DNA of 64,000 bases from an uncultured Gammaproteobacteria bacterium (GTDB lineage: Bacteria; Patescibacteriota; Patescibacteriia; UBA1558; S5-K13). Below the pieces are notes generated by a model that searched no databases, was not told the origin of the DNA, and saw only the letters and a list, made by a program, of their open reading frames with translations. Shown here in pieces: positions 58,582 to 64,000 of the stretch. A program made the translations under genes and the position numbers. The stretch spans positions 5,306 through 69,305 of the forward strand of contig CAZAOE010000003.1 of assembly GCA_964486685.1 (NCBI GenBank). The letters are read 5' to 3'. The first letter of the stretch is position 1. Each line of letters opens with the position of its first letter.

Positions 58582-58845
58582 TTTTCCATTCCAAAAAATT
58601 TGAAGTCCAAATTAATTCCAAAAACCGTCAGTTATTAATAACACTGACGGCTTTTTTTATTTACTAAAAACTAAAAAAGTAAATATATATTATGACACAA
58701 AACTGGATTTTTCGTCACACCCCCGGAGTTGGCAACCCCCAGGGTCGGTTTATTTACAAAAACCACCCCGCGTATAACCAAAGGGTGGCTTTTTTATTTC
58801 CTATCCCGTAATTCGTAATTCGTACAGACGCAATGCCTTGCGTCT

Positions 58846-60642
58846 CTACAATTCTAATTTTCTACTTTTAACAGCTTCTTTAATCTTCTCAATAAACTCA
58901 TCCTGCTTAATTTCTACTACCTTCTCATTTCCCCGAACTCTTACTGCTAATTTATCTGACTTCATTTCCCTATCACCAATTACTAACATATAAGGCGTTT
59001 TTTCTTTAACTGCTTTACGAATTTTATTGCCAACGGTCTCATTAGCATCATCAATTTCAACTCTAATATCATTGAGCTTAAATTCTTCAGCTAATTGCTG
59101 ACAATATTTAATATGGTCTGAACCAACAGAAATAATCTTAACTTGAATAGGGGAGAGCCATAATGGAAATTCCCCAGCATAATGTTCTATTAAAACTCCA
59201 GTAAATCTTTCCAAACTTCCTAATAAAGCGCGATGAATCATAAGTGGTCTTTTTTCTTTGCCCTTATTATCAATATAAATCATATCAAATCTTTCCGGAA
59301 GATTAAAATCAAGCTGTATAGTTGAAATCTGCCATTTTCTTCCAATAGCATCGGTAACTTTTATATCAATCTTGGGACCATAGAAAACAGCTTCGCCCTC
59401 TTCCACTTCATATTTTAATTTAACATTATCCAATGCTTGTCTAAGACTTTTCTCGGCCAATGCCCAGTCTTTGTCTTCTCCTAAATATTTTTCACCACCG
59501 TCTTTATTTCTTGTGGACAAAATAACATCAAATTTTTTAAAGCCAAAAGTTTCAAAAACATATTTAGTTAAATCAATAAGTTTTATTAATTCTTCTCCTA
59601 ATTGGTCATTAGTGCAAATTACATGAGCGTCATCCTGAGTAAATCCCCTTACTCTTAAAAGCCCGTGTAAAACACCTGATTTTTCATACCTATAAACGGT
59701 CCCTAATTCAGCATAGCGAATTGGTAGGTCCCTATAACTTCTCATATGATGCTTGTAAATTTTAATGTGAAAAGGGCAATTCATTGGCTTCACATAATAA
59801 TCTTCACCATCTATATCCATTGGCGAATACATGCTGTCTTTATAAAAACTAAGATGGCCAGATTGTTCAAATAATTTATATGAAGCTATGTGTGGAGTTT
59901 TGACTAATTTATATCCTTTTTTTTGATAAATCCATAAAATAAAATCTTCTATTATTTGTCTTAATAAGGCGCCATTTGGAAGCCATAATGGCAATCCCTG
60001 CCCTACTTCTTCATCAAAAATAAATAAATCCAATTCTTTGCCCAATTTTCTATGATCTCTTTTTTCAACTTCAGCTAAATTTTCTAAATACTTATCAAGT
60101 TCTTTTTGTTTTTCAAAGGCAATACCATAAATCCTTGTTAACATTTTATTTTTTTCATCGCCTCGCCAATAAGCTCCAGCCAATTTTGTTAACTTAAAAG
60201 CAACTGATTTTAATTTCTGAGAATCTTCTACATGAGGACCACGACATAAATCCACAAAATCACCAGTAGTGTAAATAGAAACTGTATCTGTAAAATCTAA
60301 TTTCTCATTTTCATCCAAAAGAGTGGTACCCTTCTCTTTTAAATCTTTTAATAACTCCAATTTATAATCTTGCTTTTTGGTTTTAAAAATTTTTACTGCT
60401 TCATCAATGGCAACCTCTTGTCTGATAAACTTTAAATTTTCTTTAATTAAACTTTTCATTTCCTGCTCAATTTTTACTAAATCTTCTGGGGAGAGAGTAA
60501 TGTCTTTCAAATCAATATCATAATAAAATCCATCTTGAATAATCGGTCCAATTCCAAATTTGGCCTGCGGGTATAATTTTAAAATTGCCGTAGCCATCAA
60601 ATGAGCCAACGAATGCCTTTTTATTTCTAATTTATTGTCCAT
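58846..60642 (-). CDS. thrS: Threonine--tRNA ligase (start at ATG 60642)
   Basis: RHSLAHL, DLCRGPH, RDHRKLG, KPMNCP.H, RVRGFTQDDAH, FYGPKID; the longer ORF start overlaps the leader terminator. Confidence 0.96.
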   Translation of the reverse strand: MDNKLEIKRHSLAHLMATAILKLYPQAKFGIGPIIQDGFYYDIDLKDITLSPEDLVKIEQEMKSLIKENLKFIRQEVAIDEAVKIFKTKKQDYKLELLKDLKEKGTTLLDENEKLDFTDTVSIYTTGDFVDLCRGPHVEDSQKLKSVAFKLTKLAGAYWRGDEKNKMLTRIYGIAFEKQKELDKYLENLAEVEKRDHRKLGKELDLFIFDEEVGQGLPLWLPNGALLRQIIEDFILWIYQKKGYKLVKTPHIASYKLFEQSGHLSFYKDSMYSPMDIDGEDYYVKPMNCPFHIKIYKHHMRSYRDLPIRYAELGTVYRYEKSGVLHGLLRVRGFTQDDAHVICTNDQLGEELIKLIDLTKYVFETFGFKKFDVILSTRNKDGGEKYLGEDKDWALAEKSLRQALDNVKLKYEVEEGEAVFYGPKIDIKVTDAIGRKWQISTIQLDFNLPERFDMIYIDNKGKEKRPLMIHRALLGSLERFTGVLIEHYAGEFPLWLSPIQVKIISVGSDHIKYCQQLAEEFKLNDIRVEIDDANETVGNKIRKAVKEKTPYMLVIGDREMKSDKLAVRVRGNEKVVEIKQDEFIEKIKEAVKSRKLEL

Positions 60643-60690
60643 ATTTTTATTAGTTATTATTAATAATATATTAATTATATCCCTAAAAAA

Positions 60691-60885
60691 CAAAAAACCC
60701 AAGATTAATAATCTCAGGACCCTTAGCAACAGACCTAATTGGCCTGCCGCCCGAAGCTTTAGCGTAGGGCGGTTCCACCTGACTTCCCCAAGTCAGACTT
60801 GGGGCTCTCTCAAATTGTCTTTGGCTTAGGATAAAATATCATTCTACTAATAGAATATTGGCTTGGTCGGCCAATCAATCACCTT
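60691..60885 (-). promoter_or_regulatory. T-box-like transcriptional attenuator in the thrS leader
   Basis: AAGTCAGGTGGAACCG T-box; CAGG/CCTG antiterminator; CCTGAGATTA..TAATCTTGGG-TTTTTT terminator; ACC in a 5' hairpin loop; TTGACA at 60914-60919. Confidence 0.7.
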
Positions 60886-60985
60886 ATCTTTATAATAATA
60901 CGAATAATAAAAATGTCAACAAGTAATTAATATAACTCTCTAATTCCCTACAACCTAATAAGCTAACCCCCTACAACCCAATAAA

Positions 60986-62143
60986 CTAATTACTAATTAT
61001 AATCTCAATGTGGTCTGATAATTTTGGTGCTTTTTTAACCCAAAATGGTGAAAAACTAACCCCGACACTATTAATGGCTGGAATTTGATTAAAATAATCA
61101 ATTATTTCTTGCTGAGTTAATCCTTTAAACCTTTCTTTATTAAAAACTTCTGCTTCGGCACCCTGAATTACTTGAGCTGAAAAACTTACATCTAAACTAG
61201 CGCTTTTTTCTGCATTAATATAATTGCTAACTATATAATTCAAAGAGTCATTATCATAATTTATTAAATCTTGAGAATTATTTAATTGATTGGATAAAAA
61301 GGTCTGGGCTAAATTTAAAAGCTCATTATGATCAAAAACCACCCCAATTAATTTTAATTTAACTGTATATTCAAAACTTTCTACTTCTGCTCCCAATTTT
61401 TCATTTGCTTCAGCTGACATTAATTCAGTCGTAATTGAAAATTCATCAATTTCTTCATTTTCAACTAATAATTCATTAAACTTATTTAAAGCATCTAATT
61501 TTAAACTTGATATAATTTCTGCTTGGGCTTTTTCTAAGTCCACTTGTGATAAATCATAAGAAATTATCTTTTTCTTCATCATGGTCGCTTTAGTTTCTCC
61601 ATAAACATTTTGTCTTTGATATTCGTGTTTAAAGCCCGGTAAATTAAATCTACCCGGCAATTCTCTATATTCTTCTCCAGCTTCCTCGGCGATAACCTCA
61701 ACTTCTGCCGAGCTTTTAGCTGGAATAATCAAGCTTTCATACATCCTAAATATACTCCCATCAGCTGATTCAAACCTGGTGGTGGGAATTAATACTTGTT
61801 CCTCGGATTTATTATTATAAATTGTCATCATTCCAGCATATTTTTCTGCTTGCTCTTCTTGGCCAATAACCTCAAAACTCTGAGTTTTTTCCATAGTTAA
61901 TTCCAAAATGCGTCCTTGTAAAATTTTAGTTTCTAAATAATTATTGTCTTCCACATTTTCCTTAACCTGAACACTAAAATCAATATTAGCCGATTGACTC
62001 TTAACATCAACATAAATTTTCGCTCTAGCCAAAGAAAAATATAATATTAAACCCACTAATAAAATAGCAGCTAAAATAAATATATATACTATTTTTTTAT
62101 AAGTAAAACTAACTGAATTAATTTTTGTACGCTTTTTTTCCAT
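60986..62143 (-). CDS. Hypothetical membrane-anchored protein (baseplate-J-like, common in CPR)
   Basis: N-terminal TM helix; G.MTIYN...Q.LIPTTRF...G..FR; SPFWVKKAP C-terminus. Confidence 0.6.
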   Translation of the reverse strand: MEKKRTKINSVSFTYKKIVYIFILAAILLVGLILYFSLARAKIYVDVKSQSANIDFSVQVKENVEDNNYLETKILQGRILELTMEKTQSFEVIGQEEQAEKYAGMMTIYNNKSEEQVLIPTTRFESADGSIFRMYESLIIPAKSSAEVEVIAEEAGEEYRELPGRFNLPGFKHEYQRQNVYGETKATMMKKKIISYDLSQVDLEKAQAEIISSLKLDALNKFNELLVENEEIDEFSITTELMSAEANEKLGAEVESFEYTVKLKLIGVVFDHNELLNLAQTFLSNQLNNSQDLINYDNDSLNYIVSNYINAEKSASLDVSFSAQVIQGAEAEVFNKERFKGLTQQEIIDYFNQIPAINSVGVSFSPFWVKKAPKLSDHIEIIISN

Positions 62144-62235
62144 ATCTTTATCTCCTTATCTAATGCTTTTTAGATATAATTTTTTAATTTTATTATCCCT
62201 TTAAATTATAGTATAATTCAAATGTTTTCAAAAGG

Positions 62236-63999
62236 TCAAGTGTCTAATATGCCTTCTATTTTTTTCTTTAAATATGAAGAATTTTTGACTAATAAATTAA
62301 TTTTTACTTTATTATAAACATCTTCCTGAATGCCAGATTTAATATAAAAATAAACCGCTGACTGACCAGAATTTTCTTTTAAAAGCGCCTTTAAACTCTC
62401 AAATTGTTCAGGTGACGGTTTGGTTTCTACTTTAATAATCAATGGTTCTGGTTTATTTTTAGATTTACTTTTGAAATCTTTAATGGTTTTAATTTCTTCT
62501 ACAATAACCTTAGTTCGTCCTTCTTTAAAATTTAAACGTCCTTCAATAATTATCTTATTATCTTTATATAAAATATCTATAAATTTTTCATAAATTTTAG
62601 GAAAAACAACCATTTCTATCCATCCACTACCGTCTTCCAATCCTGCAAAAAGCATTTGCGTTCCATTTTTAGTCAAAACTTTTTGCATAAAACTAATTAC
62701 TCCGCCTATTTTTATATTTTCATTTTCTTTTAATTGTTTGATGTCACTTATTTTGCTAATTTGGCCGGACAATTCTACCAATAAATCTTTAAAGGGGTGG
62801 TCGGTAATATAAAGACCCAGCATCTCTTTTTCCCAGGCCAATTTATCTTCTCTTTCGGCCTCTGAATATTCGTCTAATCTAATAGCAGGTCGGTCATTTT
62901 TGTTTAATTTGGAAAAAATACTAGATTGACCATTTAATTTTTCTTTTCTCTGGTGTTTATTAAATTCTAATAATTTATCCATGTTTTTCAAAAGAGCGTT
63001 GGGCTCACCAAAATGACTCATTGCCCCGGCCTTAATTAAACTTTCTAAAGATTTTTTATTTAAATCTCTGCTTTTAATTCTAGTTAAAAAATCCTCAATG
63101 TTTTGAAAATCTCCATTCTCTTTTCTTTCGGCAATAATTGTTTTAACAATATTGTCTCCCACATTTTTAACAGCATTTAATCCAAATCTAATCTTTTTAT
63201 TTCCCTTCTTTAAATCTTCTGGCAAAACCGTAAATCTAGAAAAACTCTTATTAATATCTGGTGGTAAAACTTCTATATCCATGTCTTCACATTCTTTTAT
63301 TTTAAAAGCGATTTTTTCTATATCATCCTGGTCAGAGGTTAAAAGGGCAGCCATAAATTCTGTTGGATAATTGGCTTTGAAATAAGCCGTCTGAAAAGCA
63401 ATCATGGCATAACAAGTAGCGTGTGATTTATTAAATCCATAACTAGCAAAGGGCTCAATTGCCTTCCAAATCTTTTTAGCAATTCTGGTTGATAAACCAT
63501 TTTTTGTCATTCCGTCTATAAGCTTATCTTTTTGTTCATCTAATAAGGACTTAATTTTTTTACCAACAGCCTTTCTTAAAATATCTGCCTCTGAATAAGA
63601 AAATCCCGCTAATTGTCGGGCAATTTCCATTACTTGTTCCTGATAAATGGCAATACCATAAGTTTCTTCTAAAATTGGTTTTAATCTGGGGTCATCATAA
63701 GTAATTTTTCTCCTTCCACGTTTACCATTCACAAAATCAGGTATAAATTGCATTGGACCTGGTCTATAAAGAGCAACCATGGCAATAATATCCTCAAATT
63801 TATTGGGCTTTAATTTTTTCAACCATTTTTTCATACCTGCGGACTCTAATTGAAAAACACCAGTTGTTTGTCCGGCTTGTAAAATTTTAAATGTTTTTTT
63901 ATCTTCTAAATCAACATCTTTTAAATTGACTTTTTGGCTATGAATCTTTTCTATTAAATCAATAACATTTTCCAAAATAGTTAAATTTTTTAAACCCAA
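62236..63999 (-). CDS. dnaE: DNA polymerase III alpha subunit, C-terminal part (truncated by the window edge)
   Basis: LGLKNLT, GVFQLES.GM, ALYRPGP, YQEQVM, YGFNKSHA, IRFGL.AVK.VG, EKEMLGLY.T.HP, OB fold. Confidence 0.96.
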   Translation of the reverse strand: MGLKNLTILENVIDLIEKIHSQKVNLKDVDLEDKKTFKILQAGQTTGVFQLESAGMKKWLKKLKPNKFEDIIAMVALYRPGPMQFIPDFVNGKRGRRKITYDDPRLKPILEETYGIAIYQEQVMEIARQLAGFSYSEADILRKAVGKKIKSLLDEQKDKLIDGMTKNGLSTRIAKKIWKAIEPFASYGFNKSHATCYAMIAFQTAYFKANYPTEFMAALLTSDQDDIEKIAFKIKECEDMDIEVLPPDINKSFSRFTVLPEDLKKGNKKIRFGLNAVKNVGDNIVKTIIAERKENGDFQNIEDFLTRIKSRDLNKKSLESLIKAGAMSHFGEPNALLKNMDKLLEFNKHQRKEKLNGQSSIFSKLNKNDRPAIRLDEYSEAEREDKLAWEKEMLGLYITDHPFKDLLVELSGQISKISDIKQLKENENIKIGGVISFMQKVLTKNGTQMLFAGLEDGSGWIEMVVFPKIYEKFIDILYKDNKIIIEGRLNFKEGRTKVIVEEIKTIKDFKSKSKNKPEPLIIKVETKPSPEQFESLKALLKENSGQSAVYFYIKSGIQEDVYNKVKINLLVKNSSYLKKKIEGILDT

Positions 64000-64000
64000 A

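Noticed and set aside
60643-60729. N-terminal extension of ThrS in the ORF track
   Set aside because: It overlaps the leader terminator; ThrS similarity begins at MDNKLEIKRHS (60642)
6511-63370. Numerous short antisense or overlapping ORFs in the track (e.g. 6511-6762, 16168-16566, 33691-34029, 47229-47609, 63152-63370)
   Set aside because: They lie opposite or within well-supported genes and have no motifs or expression signals
1-64000. UGA recoding (genetic code 25) and introns or inteins
   Set aside because: Conserved genes are full length under code 11 and several end at TGA; no intein or intron-sized interruptions are seen in dnaE or other genes

Overview
AT-rich bacterial chromosomal segment read with the standard genetic code. 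It is most likely Patescibacteria/CPR (Parcubacteria-like); this is inferred from SD-less housekeeping genes, split comEC, the presence of rplI, PEGA and surface proteins, and fermentative gene content. Contents: rfbB/rfbD/rfbA, murA, ctpA, rplI, pyrG, tRNA-Gln and tRNA-Ser followed by a small defence island (HEPN-motif protein, HNH nuclease, DpnA-like MTase plus REase), a trimeric [FeFe]-hydrogenase, prfB, a Y1/RAYT-like transposase, comEC, ndk, a PfkB-PduL-AckA-OFOR-Gap fermentation cluster, glycosyltransferases, AmrS, an intact ISL3, argS, gatB, pyrBI, a miaB-miaA fusion, thrS and partial dnaE. The most striking signal is that at least five families of short palindromic elements (REP/MITE-like) have inserted in frame (21-99 bp, multiples of 3) into conserved genes: hydA, argS, ackA, OFOR-alpha, a GT2, amrS and miaB-miaA (three sites, four or more insertions). 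Most families also occur between genes, and removing the cleanly delimited inserts restores family-typical sequence. Also found: a candidate 6S-like RNA with its own promoter and terminator, a thrS T-box with an apparently ultrashort Stem I, and pervasive 7-8-nt intergenic tandem repeats. All product calls come from motif recognition; no searches were run.
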